From Mobula hypostoma (taxonomy: Eukaryota): a stretch of 64,000 nt of DNA. The position numbers were made by a program, and so were the translations under genes. The notes beneath the pieces are model-generated. The model did no database searches, had not been told where the DNA came from, and was given only the letters and a program-made list of their open reading frames with translations. Within the stretch, counting starts at the first letter, position 1. Each line of letters begins with the position of its first letter. Shown here piece after piece: positions 37,954 through 50,740 of this stretch. The stretch covers positions 208,756,001 through 208,820,000 of the forward strand of contig NC_086097.1 in the NCBI RefSeq assembly GCF_963921235.1, given 5' to 3'.

Positions 37954-38356
37954 AGGGCAACTCTACTATCTTAGGAGTTTGTAGAGATTTGGCATGACAT
38001 CTAAAACTTCGACAAACATCTATAGATGTGTATTGAAGAGTATATTGACTGGCTGTGTCACAGCCTGGTATGGAAACATCAATGTCCCAAAGCCCTTGAA
38101 TGGAAAATCCTATAAAAAGTAGTGGATACGGCCCAGTCAATCACGGGTAAAGCCCTCCCCACCATTGAGCACATCTGCATGAAAAGCTGTTGCAGGAAAA
38201 CAGCATCCATCATCAGGGACTTGCACAACCCAGGACGTGCTCTTCTCTCGCGGCTGCCACCAGAGACAAGGTACAGGAGCCTCAGGACTCAGGAAAAGCT
38301 GCTACCCCTCAACTATCAAGCTCCTGAACCAAAGGGGATAACTTCACTCAACTTCA

Positions 38357-38873
38357 CAGGAAAGATGTCAATAAAATTGAGAGAGTACAGAGGAGATTTA
38401 CTAAAATGTTGCCTGGGTTTCATCTCCTAAGTTACAGAGAAAGGTTGAACAAGTTGGGTCTTTATTCTTTGGAGTGTAGAAGGCTGAGGGGGGACTTGAT
38501 AGAGGTGTTTAAAATTATGAGGGGGATTGATAGAGTTGACGTCGATAGGCTTTTTCCATTGAGAATGGGGGAGATTCAAACAAGAGGACATGAGCTGAGA
38601 GTTAAAGGGCAAAAGTTTAGGGGTAACATGAGGGGGAACTTGTTTACTCAGAGAGTGGTAGCTATGTGGAATGAGCTTCCAGCAGAAGTGATTGGGGCAG
38701 GTTCGATGTTGTCATTTAAAGTTAAATTGGATAGATATATGGACAGGAAAGGAATGGAGGGTTATGGGCTGAGTGCAGGTCGATGAGACTAGGTGAGTGT
38801 AAGAGTTCAGCACGGACTAGAAGGGCTGAGATGGCCTGTTTCCGTGCCGTAATTGTTATATGGTTATATATGG
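38357..38873 (+). mobile_element. CR1 3' end insertion
   Basis: LGLYSLECRRLRGDLIEVFKI; (TATATGGT)-type tail; short TSD ttca (38353-56, 38874-77). Confidence 0.88.
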
Positions 38874-38906
38874 TTCATTAGCCCCAACATTGAAATGTTC
38901 CCATAA

Positions 38907-39913
38907 CACTGGAGAACAAATTTTTTCAAAAGTGTTGCCTCCTCTGAATTTTTTTTGTTTATGATAGACTGCTTGAAGATGAACACAAATATATTTTCAG
39001 AGTAGTTGTATCATGTAGGAATTTGGAGAAACAACAAATTAACTTTTCTTGAATAAAATGTGCTTAATTGCATAATGGTGCTGATGCTTTGCAATAGTTC
39101 AACTAAGTTAAAAATATTTTGTTAATGATTTTTATTTGTACTCAGTGTCTGAGGTTTCTCGCTCAAGTGTCCAACAATAATTCACCAGCCTTGATGGATT
39201 CCAGTTGGCCTGGTATCTTTTCTCCATGACCGCAATGTCCTGGTGAAACCTTTCACCATGCTCATCACTAATAGCACCAAGATTTGCAGGGAAGAAGTCT
39301 AAATGGGAATGCAGAAAATGAATCTTTAGTGACATGTTGCATTTCATGGTTTTATATGCTTGAAGCATGCTTTCAACCAGCTGCATGTAGTTTGGTGCTC
39401 TGTAGATGCCAAAAAAAATTTCAGCAACTTCCTTGAATGCCTTCCATGTGATTTTCTCTGGTCCAACTAGAAATTCTTCAAATTTTCTGTCATTGATGAC
39501 CTGTTTGATTTGTGGACCAACAAAAATGCTTTCTTTAATCTTGGCATCAGTTCTTCTGGGAAGCATCTGTCTCAAATATCAAAATCCTTCGTAGAATATT
39601 TTTGTGCCTGGTGATAGCAAATTCCATCCTTACAGTCCTGAACCCAATAATTATTACTAAAACCTGTCCTGCCATGCAGCAGCCGTGCTGTCTAAGTATG
39701 CCCAAGCATGCCTGGACAAGATAGGAAACTTTCCAGCTTACACTGTAGGCAACATTTTAATTGGCTTGAATTATGAATTGAAATAATAAACATAAGTTTA
39801 TTAAAAAAAGGTGTGTGATAGGGAAATTGCATGGTGATTTTCATGATCAGTAGCCCAAAATTTATAAGAAACACCTAAAAGTATTCAGGAAGCAAAATCT
39901 TTGTTGTCCAGTA
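38907..39913 (-). mobile_element. Chapaev3 (CMC superfamily) DNA transposon, internally deleted
   Basis: TIRs cactggagaacaaa and tttgttgtccagta; TAA TSD (38904-06, 39914-16); transposase remnant inside. Confidence 0.85.
39132..39592 (-). pseudogene. Chapaev3 transposase C-terminal remnant
   Basis: AKIKESIFVGPQIK, MSLKIHFLHSHLDFFPANLGAISDEHGERFHQDI and YCWTL. Confidence 0.85.
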
Positions 39914-39994
39914 TAACCAATGGACTCACTTTCAAGGACTGTTCGTCTCATGTTCTCGATATTTATTGTTTATATATTATTATTAATATTATTA

Positions 39995-42900
39995 TAAAAC
40001 CATAAGACCATAAGATATAGGAGCAGAAGCAGGTCATTCGGCCCGTCAAGTGCTCCGCCATCCAATCATAGGCTGATCCAATTATTCCTGTCATCCACAT
40101 TCCTCTGCTTTCATCCCATACCCTTTGATGCCCTGGCTAATTGAGAACCTATCTATCTCTGCCTTAAATACACCCAATAATTTGGCCTTCACAGCCACTC
40201 GTGGTAACAAATTCCACAGATTTACCACCCTCTGATTAAAGTAATTTCTCCTCATCTCAGTTCTAAAAGGACGTTTTTCAATCTTGAAGTTGTGCCCTCT
40301 TGTCCCAGAATCCCCTACCATGGGAAATAACTTTGCCATATCTAATCTGTTCAGGTCTTTTAACATTTGGAATGCTTCAATGAGATCCCCCCTTCATTCT
40401 CCTGAACTCCAGGGAATACAGCCCAATAGCTGCCAGACGTTCTTCATATGGTAACCCTTTCATTCCTGGAATCATTCTCGCGAATCTTCTCTGAACCCTC
40501 TCCAATGTCAGTATATCCTTTCTGAAATAAGGAGCCCAAAACTGCACACAATACTCCAAGTGTGGTCTCACAAGTGCCTTATAGAGCCTCAACATCACAT
40601 CCCTGCTCGTATATTCTACAAATGACTGCCAACATGGCATTCGACTTCTTCACAACCGACTCACCCTGAAGGTTAACCTTTAGGGTATCTTGCACAAGGA
40701 CTCCCAAGTCCCTTTGCATCTCTGCATTTTGAATTTTCTCCCCATCTAAATAATAGTCTGCCCGTTTATTTCTTCCACCAAAGTGCATGACCATATACTT
40801 TCCAACATTGTAATTCATTTGCCACTTCTTTGCCCATTCCCCTAAACTATCTTAGTCTCTCTGTTTCCTCAACACTACCCACTCCTCCAGCTATCTTTGT
40901 ATCATTGGCAAATTTAGCTACAGATCCATTAATGCTGTAGTCCAAATCATTGACATACATCGTAAAAAGCAGCGGTCCCAACACCGACCCCTGTGGAACT
41001 CCACTGGTAACCGGCAGCCAGCCAGAATAGGATCCCTTTATTCCCACTCTCTGTTTTCTGCCGACCAGCCAATGCTCCACCCACGCTAGTAACTTTCCTG
41101 TAATTCCATGGGCTCTTATCTTGCTAAGCAGCCTCATGTGCGGCACCTTGTCAAAGGCCTTCTGAAAATCGAAGTACACCATGTCTACTACATCTCCTTC
41201 ATCTACGCTGCTTGTAATTTTCTCCAAGAATTGCAGTAGGTTTGTCAGGCAGGATTTCCCTTTCAGGAAACCATGCTGGCTTTGCCCTATCTTGTCATGT
41301 GCCTCCAGGTACTTCGTAATCTCATTTTAATAATCAATTCCACCAACTTCCCAACGACTGATGTCAGGCTACCAGGTCTATAGTTTCCTTTCTGCTACCT
41401 CCCACCCTTCTTAAACAGTGGAGTAACATTTGCAATTTTCAAGTAATCCGGTACAATGGCAGAATATATTGATTCTTGAAAGATCATCGTTAATGCCTCC
41501 GTAATCTCTCCAGCTACTTCCTTTGTAAACCGAGGGTGCATTGCATCAGGTCCAGGAGATTTATCCACCTTCAGACCATTAAGCTTTCTGAGCACCTTCT
41601 CAGTTGTAATTTTCACTGCACAAACTTCACTTCCCTGACACTCTTGAATGTCCAGTATACTGCAGACTTCTTCCACTGTGAAGACTGATGCAAAATACGC
41701 ATTCAGTTCCTCTGCCATCTCTGCATCTCCCATTACAATATCTCCAGCATCATTTTGTATTGGTCCTATATCTACTCTCAACTCTCTTTTACCCTTTATA
41801 TACTTAAAAAAAGCTTTCAGTATCTTCTTTGATATCAGTCACCAGCTTCCTCTCATAATTCATCTTTTCCTTCTGAATGACTTTCTTCGTTTCCTTCTCC
41901 AAGTTTTTAAAAGCTTCCCAATCCTCTATCTTCCCACTAGCTCTGGCTTCCTTGCATGCCCTCTGTTTTGCTTTTACTTTGGCTCTGATTTCACTTGTTA
42001 GCCATGGTAGTGCCCTTCTTCCCTTTGAAAATTTCTTCTTATTTGGAATATATCTGTCTTGCACTACCCCCATTTTTCACAGAAACTCCAGCCATTGCTA
42101 CTCTGCTGTCTTTCATGTAAATATCCCTTTCCATTCAACTTCAGCCAGCTCCCCCCTCTCATGCCATTGTAATTTCCTTTATTCCACTGAGATACCGACA
42201 TATTGGATTTTATTTTTTCCATCTCAAATTTCAACGTGAACACGATCATATTGTGATCACTGTTCCCTAAGGGTTCCCTAACCTTAAGCTCTCTTACCAC
42301 CTCCGGATCATTGCACAACACCCAATCCAGTACAGCCGATCCCCTAGTGGGCTCAACAACAATCCGTTCTGAAAAGCCATCACTTAGACATTCTACAAAT
42401 TCTCTCTCTTGAGGTCCAGTACTGACCTGGTTCTCTCAATCCACTTTCATGTTAAAATTCCCAACGATTATCATGACATTGCCTTTCTGACATGTCTTTT
42501 CTATCTCTGCTGTAATTTGTAATCCACATTCCGGCTGTTGTTTGGAGGCCTGTATACAACTGCCATTAGCGTCCTTTTACCCTTGCCATTTCTTGACTCA
42601 ATCCATAGAGACTCTGCACCTTCCAATCCTGTCATCTCTTTTCAATGATTTAATATTACTTCTTATACACAGAGCCATACCACCCCTTCTGCCTACTAAC
42701 CTATCTTTCCGATATACCGTATATCCTTGGACATTCAGCTCCCAATGGCAGCCAACTTTCAGAGATGGCCACAACGTTATACTTGCCTTATCTGTAGCTG
42801 AATTTCAAGATAATCAGCTTTATTCTTTATGCTGCGTGCATTCAAATACAACACTCTCAGTCCAGTATTTGTTGCTTTCTGATTTAACTGTACCACGCCT

Positions 42901-44291
42901 CTATTGCCCTGTATCTCATGCCATTGGCTTTTATTAAGCTTCATCTCCTGCCTATTCTTTCTATAATCTCTGTTGCACGCTATCTTTGATTTATTTCTGT
43001 TTTCCCTTTCCTCAGCCCTATCACTCCGGTTCCCATCCCCCTGCCAAAGTAGTGAAAACCTTCCCTAACAACTCTATTAAATGTGTCCGCTAGAATATTG
43101 GACCTCTTTGAGTTCAGGTGTAACCTGTCCTTTTTGTACAGGTTGTACCTCCCCCAGAAGAGGCCCCAATGATCCAGGAATCTGAATCCCTGCCCCCTAG
43201 ATCAGTCTCTCAGCCACACATTAATACACCGGATCATTCTACTCTTGCACTCGCTAGCACATGGCACAGGTAGCAATCCTGAGATTCCTACCCTAGAGGT
43301 TCTGCCTTTCAGCTTCCTACCTAACTCCCTGAATTCTCTCTTCAGGACCTCCTCCCTTTTTCTATCTATGTCATTGGTACCAACATGTACCTAGACTTCT
43401 GGCTGTTCACCCTCTCTCTTCAGAATATTCTGCACCCAATTCGTGAAATTCCGTACCCTGGCACCTGGGAGGCAACACACTATACGGGTATCTCTATCAG
43501 GCTGACAGAATCTCCTGTCTGTTCCCCTCACTATGGAATCCTCTATGACTACCGCATTCCTCATCTTCCTCTTTCCCTTCTGCACCACAGAACCGGGCTC
43601 AGTGCCAGAGACCCAACTGCCGTGGTCGTCCTCTGTCAGATCATCCCCCTCAACCGCATCCAAAACAAGGAAACGATTACTGAGGGTGCTAGCCACAGGG
43701 GTGCTCTCTACCATCTGAGCTCTTTCCCTCGCTTCCCTGACCGTCACCCACTTATCTAACTCCTGCAGCCTCAGGGTGATTAACTCCCTGTAGCTCCTAT
43801 CTATCTCCTGCTCACTTTCCCTAATAAGCTGTAGGTCACCAAGCCGCAGCTCCAGATCCCTTCCACGGTCCCTGAGGAGCTGCATCTCGGTGCACCTGGT
43901 GCAGATGTGGCCATCTGGGAGACTGGAAGATTCCCAGGATTCCCACATCCGACTCCGAGCAAAATACTAGCCCTACCAACATGCTCGCTTTTCCTCAAAA
44001 AAAATGCAAAGAAAAACCAAAAACAAAGTCCACTTACCCACTTACCTTGCCGAAGCCTGAATGAGCAAAAGCCTGTCACTTCTACTCTCGCCACTGGCTT
44101 ACTCCTGGCAACAGCCACTCCGCTTATCCCTTCTGTACTTTTATTTAGTTCATCGAGCTCAGTCGCCACCACTGATAGGCCCCACACAATGGACTAACAG
44201 CCGCGAAGCTCTCGGTTTAAATCACCAACTCTGACCTGTGAGAAACACTCCTTCATCGAGCTCAGTTGCCGCTGCTGATAGGCCCCACACA
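39995..44291 (-). mobile_element. Full-length (about 4.3 kb) CR1 LINE: 5' UTR, ORF1 (Zn-finger, coiled coil, esterase), ORF2 (APE, RT); inactivated
   Basis: ORF1 HICTRC..VIEDSIVRGTDRRFC..VCCLPGARV; ORF2 PLGNSDHNMI, SPGPDAMHPR, FDFQKAFDKVPH and KFANDTK; ccataagaccataag tail. Confidence 0.93.
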
Positions 44292-44573
44292 ATTACTATT
44301 TCTTTATTTTTGGTGCTTGCACCATTTGTTGTCTTTTGCACACTGGTTGAATGCACAAGTTGGGCAGTCTTTCATTGATTCTATTATGGTTATTATTCTA
44401 TTATTGATTTATTGAGCATGCCCACAAGCAAATGAATCTTAGGGTTGTATATGGTGACGTACACATACTTTGATAATAAATTTACTTTGAAATTTGAAAT
44501 ATAGGGATTAGGATATAGCATGCCAGAGTGAGGAACTGAAATCAGAAGGCTCCTGCAGTGCACCTTGTAAATT

Positions 44574-44725
44574 AGAATCAGAATCCAGTTTCTTATCACC
44601 AGGATATGTTATGAAATTTGTTCACTTTGTGGCTGCAATACAATGCAATTCAGGAAAGAAAACTGTGAATCACAGTAAGCATGTATATGAATAATAAATA
44701 ACTAAAATAAATAAGTTGTGCGAGA
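44574..44725 (-). mobile_element. Short LINE/SINE 3' end with (ATTCTG)n tail
   Basis: agaatcagaatc...gaaatttgtt, similar to 57505-57529 plus 58271-58330. Confidence 0.5.
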
Positions 44726-45032
44726 ACATTTGAAAGCTTTTGAATTCACTTTGCAAGGTCCATGTGCATGCTCAATCACTCAATATATATATTCATCTCA
44801 GAGGTTAATACATTTTAAGAAATGAGAGGAATAAAGGTATATTGGATTAATTCAGAAAATAAAAGTGAGGTAACAGATCAGCGCTGAAGTATTGACTTTT
44901 GCAGCAGGTGCAAAAGTCTTAAATGGGCTTCTCCCTACTTTTATTTCTCATTATGCAAAAATATTTGTTCACTCTCCCTATCAATTCCTTCATATCAGTC
45001 CATAGCCTGTTTTGCCATAACGATGTCACTTT

Positions 45033-45465
45033 TAGGATGGCGGGCCAACATATTCTGTCTTTGTAACCTCCAACCTGAAGGCATGAACATCAATTTCTTC
45101 TTCCGGTAAGTTTTTTTGTTCCCTCGCCTTTCCCTCCTCTTCATTTCCCCACTCTGGCCTCTTACTTTTTTTCCTCACCTGCCTATCTCCTCCCCAGGCC
45201 CTCCTCCTTCTTCCCTTTCTCCCATGTTCCACTCTCCTCTCCTCTCAGCTTCCTTCTTCTCCAGCCCTTTCCCTTTCCCACACACCTGGCTTCATCTATC
45301 ACCTTGTAGTTTTCTTCCCTCTTCCCTTCCAGTCCTGAAGAAGGATCTTGGCCCAAAATGTCTACTGTTTATTCATTTCCATTGATGCTGCCTGACCTCC
45401 TAAGTTCCTTCAGATTTTTTGTGTGTCTTGCTCTGGATCTCTAGCGTCTTCAGAATCACTTGTAT
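45033..45465 (+). mobile_element. Penelope-like element 3' end (endonuclease C-terminal remnant, pyrimidine tract, terminal repeat)
   Basis: atattctgtctttgtaacctccaacctgaaggcatgaacatcaatttc reads IFCLCNLQPEGMNINF, like the PLE GIY-YIG domain end; decayed hammerhead at 45331-45366. Confidence 0.7.
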
Positions 45466-46225
45466 TTTTAAGTTTCAAGTTCGGTTTAAAAGAGTAGTTA
45501 GTCCAGAAGTGGAAAACAGTTATCATTTCTCACTGACAACGAAAATAAAATTTTATGAGCACTGAGGAATTCTAAGGATGGAACTCCCATAATGATCCTG
45601 TCATCAAGTTTTATTGCCGAAGACTTTTAAAATAGTTCCTCCTGAGTTCAGTGTGAATACAACTCTGCAGCCCGTGTTTAAACAAAAAGTCATGAAGTCT
45701 GGAGTTGTGGCCAGATTTCCTCTACAAGGTGAGGTGTGGCCTACACTAAGTGTATGCGACTATATGAAATGGACACACCTTGCATAAAACAGCCAAAAGC
45801 TGGAAAACAGCCAAAGAGTCGGACGCCAGGCTCTATACTCTAGATGGTGGGAGAGGTCACTCAGCCTGGTTATACAATGGGATTATCTGAGTCCAAGTAC
45901 TGGAACAGAAACAGAGAATACTTCCTGTCCTCATGGCTGCAATGAAAACTGTCCAGTTTTCAGCCTTGTTCTGTCACCCTGGCAACTACTCGGTCTCCAC
46001 TGTATGTCTGACGGTTGGGAAAGGAAAATAATTCAGCTTTCTTGGGAATTGCATGCTTAATACCCAGCTCTTGCAACTTCAGATAATTTGTTGTACCTTA
46101 TAGCACAAATATTTGTTATTTCTTATAACACTAATAAAATAATGAACTATTTAAACTGATTTTTAAAGAATTATTGAGCTAGTTAATTCAGAAATCTTAA
46201 ATAAAATAAATTGAGGTCGGATAAA

Positions 46226-49200
46226 ACCATAAGAGATAGGAGCAGAAGTAGGACATTCAGCCCATCACGTCTGCTCCGCCATTCCATCATGGCCGATCCC
46301 GGATCCCACTCAACCCCATGTACCTGCCTTTCACCATATCCTTTGATGCCCTGAACAATCACAAAACTATCAACTTCAGGTTTAGATATACCCACTGACA
46401 TGGCCTCCACCATAGTCTGCGGCAGAGAATTCCACAGATCCACTAGTCCTTGGCTAACAAGTCACCCCTCAGTTATGAGTCTGTGCCCTCTAGTTCTGGA
46501 TACCCCCAATACAGGAAACATACTCTCAACATCCACCTTATCTAGTCCTTTCAACATTTGGTAAGTTTCAATGAGATTCCCCAGTATTCTTCTAAATTCC
46601 AGTGAGTAAAGGCCCAAAGCCGCCAAACACCCTTCATTCCCGGAATCTTCCTCATTAACTTCCTCTGGACTCTCTCCAATAACAACACAACCTTTCTGAG
46701 TTAGGGGGCCAAAACTGTTGCCAATACTCCAAGTATGGCCTGGCCAATGTCTTATAAAAGCTCACCATTATCTTCTTGCTTTTATATTCTATTCTCTTTG
46801 AAATAAATGCCAACATTGCATTTGCCTTCTTTACCACACACCCAACCTGTAAATTAATCTTCTGGGAATCTTATACTATTCCTAAGTCCCTTTCTACCTC
46901 TGATATTTCCATTTTCTTCCCATTTAGATAATAGTCTGCACTATTATTCATTTTATCAAAATGCGTTATCATAAATTTCCCAATACAGGTTTCCCCAGCC
47001 AACCGAAGGTAAAGCGTTCCTATGAAAAGGTTTGGAAGCCGAAATGTCGTAAAGCGAAGAAGCAATTACTATTTATTTATATGGGAAAATTTTGTGAGCA
47101 TTCGCAGACCCAAAAGTAACCTACCAAATCATGCCAAATAACACATAAAACCTAAAATAACAGTAACTGTATAATAAAAGCAGGAATGATATGATAAATA
47201 CACAGCCTATATAAAGTAGAAATACTTTTCCACAATCATTACTGCACTGTTCTCCGTAGCGAAGATCTCACGCAAGTGCCGTCGGCAGAAAATCTCACGC
47301 AAGCGCTGTTGGCAAAAACACGGCGCAAGTGCTCTCCAGTAACCTTTAAGCTATGAAGCTGCCAAATCATGCCAAATAACACGTAAAAATACACAGCCTA
47401 TATAAAGTAGAAATAATCTATGTACAGTGTAGTATCACTTATTGGAATTGGGAAGAAAGCGCCCAGCACACTGATGATGGTGTGTTAGACTGAGTCGTCG
47501 CAGGTTGGCTGGTGCAGTGGCTCCCACCCTCCGGGCCGCTGAGCAATACATTGCCGCGAGGCATGCAGGGGTCCAGCGGTAGCCGGGAGGCACACAGCAC
47601 ATCTTTAAGAAAAAAGCCGAAATAAACATGCCCATTTCCTCTTCCAATTGCATGTCGGCCCAGATCAGCGCCGATTTCCAATTGCATCATCTATGATCTG
47701 GGCCGACAATTATGGTTTGGGCGGCACCTAATCAATTAGTATGTTTATTTCGGCTTTTTTCTTAAAGATGAGCTGTGTGCCTCCCGGCTACTGCTGCATA
47801 CTCCGTGAATCAGTACAGTATCTGTCCGCGGCCTGGGGGTTGGAGTGGTGGGACACTAGAATGTCATCTCGTCGTCTGTTTCCATTAGAGCAGGCAGCTC
47901 ATTTTCTCCTATGACTGCCCGCCTCGATGTCGAAGGTTGAGGTTCGTCGTCTGCTGTGGCTGATGTGGAAGGCTTGCTTGACTGCTGAGCCTTGCGCATT
48001 TTTCTATCACACAGTTCTTTATAAGGACTCAAACCATCTTGCAAATATCGCCTAAACCTACGTAGCCTTTCAAAATTATAGTCGTACTTTATCATTGCAG
48101 TGAAAATCTCATGTAGTTGCTTCACTTTCGCTACTGCATTCGGTTTTGATTGTTATTCTTTCCTCTTCCAATTGCATCAGCTCTTCATCTATCAGTTCTT
48201 GGCCATGGAATGCCAAAACCTCTTCAACAACATCTTCATCAGCTTCCACAAGCCAAACTCACTTAGCCCTTACTTTGTTCACCATGATCGAAACGCTTAA
48301 TTATGTCTAGGTTTACGCTGTGTAACAGCCTTATGAGCTCTTTTAGACTTTTCTGACATCATAGAACTCATCTTGCAAACGGCTGGTCACAGGCACGTGA
48401 TTAAGCAATACCGGCGAGAATGCAGTTCCAAATCCGGGGGAGAGCAGCTGCTCAGGGCGCGCGCTGCTTTTTTTTTGTAACAGTGAAAACACCTTCTGAA
48501 AGTGAAAACAGGGTACTAATGAGGTTTCGTAAAGTGAACGTTCGAAAAGTGGAGAACACTTGTGCTGTATTCCATCTGCCACTTTTTTGCCCATTCTTCC
48601 AATTTGTCTAAGTCCTGCTGCAATCGCATTGCTTCCTCAGAACTACCTACCCCTCTACCTATCTTCATATCATCTGCAAATTTTGCCACAAAGCCATTGA
48701 TTCCATGATCTAAATGATTGACAAACAATGTGCAAATTAATGGACCCACACTGAAACCTGAAGAACATTACGAGTCACCAGCAGCCAACCAGAAAAGGCC
48801 TCTTTTTTCCCACTCACTGCCTCCTGCCTGTCAGCCATTGTTCTATCTATGCCAGTATCTTTCCTGTAAGCCATAGGGTTTTATCTTGTTAAGCAGCCTC
48901 ATGTGTGGCACTTCATCAAACACCTTCTGAAAATCCAAGTTAATGACATCCACTGCCTCTCCTTTGTCTACCCTGCTTGTTACTTCCTCAAAGAACTCTA
49001 ACAGGTTTGTTGGGCAAGATTTCCATTTACAGAAATCATGCTTACTTTGACTTATTTTATCATTAGTCTCAAGTATCACAAAACCTCATCGTTAATAATA
49101 GACTCCAACACTTCCCCAACCACTGAGGTTAGGCTAACTGGCCTATAATTTCATTTCTTTTGCCTTCCTCCCATCTTAAAGAGTGGACTGACATTTGCAA

Positions 49201-50740
49201 TTTTCCGGTTCTCTGGGACCATGCTAGAACCAAGTGATTCCTGAAAGATCATGACCAATGCATCTGTTATATCTTCAGCAACCTCTCTCAGGATTCTGGG
49301 ATGTAGTCCATCTGGTCCAGGTGACTTATCCACCTTAACACCTTTCAGTTTGCCTAGCACTTTTTCCTTTGTAATAGCAATGGCACTCACCCCTGCTCCC
49401 TGACACTCATGGACCTCTGGCACACTGCTAATATCTTCCACAATGAAGACCAGTGCAAAGTACCCATTAAGTTCATCTGTCATTTCTTTGCCCCCCATTA
49501 CTACCAGACCAGCATCATTTTCCAGTGGTGCAATTATCTACTCTCACCTCCCTTTTACTCTTTATATAACTGAAAGAACTTTCGGTATCCTGCTTTATAT
49601 TATTGACTAGTTTGCCCTCATATTTCATCTTTTCCATTCTTATAGCTTTTTAAATTGCCTTTTGTTGGATTTTAAAAGCTTCCCAATCATCCAAGTTCCC
49701 ACTCACTTTTGATCTCTTATATGCCTTTTCCTTGGCTTTTACGTAGTCCCTAACTTCGCTTGTCAGCCATGGTTGCCTACCCCTGCCATTCCAGAACCTC
49801 TTCTGTGCGACATATCTATCCTGTGTCTTGTGAATTATTCCCAGAAACTTCAGACACCTATGCTCTGCCGTCATCCCCCTCAATCCACCTGGGAAAGCTC
49901 CTTTCTCATGCTTCTGTAATTCCCTTTATTCCATAGCAATACTAATACATTTGACTTATGCTTCTCCCTCTCAAATTGCAATATGAATCCAATCATATTA
50001 TGATCATTACCTCCTAAGGGTTCCTTTACATTAAGCTCACTAAAAAGAACTAGGTTATTACACAACACGCAATCTAAGATAGCCTTTCCCTCTGTAGGCA
50101 TTCAACAAATTCCCTCTCTTGCCATCCAACACTAACCTGATTTTCCCAATCCCTTTGCATATTGAAGATTTGTGACATTACAATTGTGACATGACCCTTA
50201 TTACACGTCTTATCCAGCTCCCTTTGCAATCTTATCTGCACATCTTGGCTACTATTTGGAGGCCTATATATGATGGATCGTAACTCCACCCACAAAGATT
50301 CAACATTCTCTGAATCACCTCTTTCCAAGGATGTAATTTCATCTCTTACCAACAGAGCCATGCCACTGCCTATATCTTCCTATCTGTCCTTTTGGTACAA
50401 AATATATCCTTTGATGTTAAGCTCCTAACTATGTCCTTTCAGCCACGACTCCATGATGGCCACCACGTCATATCAACCAAGCTCTAATTGTGCCATGGGT
50501 TTGTTCACCTTATTCTGAATGCTATGTGCATTTAAGTACATCACTTTCAGTCCTGCATTCTTCACCCTTTTGAATTTTGCCTCTGTGGTACAATTTAACT
50601 CTTTGCTCCGTCTGCATTTGTACCCAATCATTGGCTTGTCATTCCTGACATTTATGTTGCATGAGTCATCTACTTGTAAATCTACTGGCTCATTCTCAAC
50701 TCTATCATATTGGTTCCCATCCACCTGCCATATTAGATAA
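46226..50740 (-). mobile_element. CR1 LINE covering all of ORF2 (decayed), interrupted by a Tigger-like element
   Basis: NAGLKVMYLNAHSI, VESLWVELR, PLGGNDHNMI, SPGPDGLHPR and KFADDMK; similar to the subfamily at 13410-19285. Confidence 0.9.
46986..48562 (-). mobile_element. pogo/Tigger-like DNA transposon, non-autonomous
   Basis: ta|caggtttcccc...gagaacacttg|tg splits the CR1 motif tttcccaata|ctgtattcc; Tigger-like C-terminal remnant (ELIDEELMQLEEE, YKELCDRKMRKAQQS, DDEPQPSTS). Confidence 0.8.

Larger units (their letters stand above)
33925..44498 (+). mobile_element. Rex1-type family A LINE fragmented by nested insertions (pieces about 33925-34233, 37955-38356, 38874-38906, 39917-39994, 44292-44498)
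   Basis: Pieces are collinear with the uninterrupted family A 3' end at 4022-4461; RT motifs LYTYGC and NLLLNVSKTKELIIDFR; tail at 44467-44498. Confidence 0.8.

Noticed and set aside
47120..47420. Spaced direct repeats as a CRISPR-like array
   Set aside because: Only two copies of each repeat with irregular spacing inside a Tigger-like element; eukaryotic context and no cas genes.
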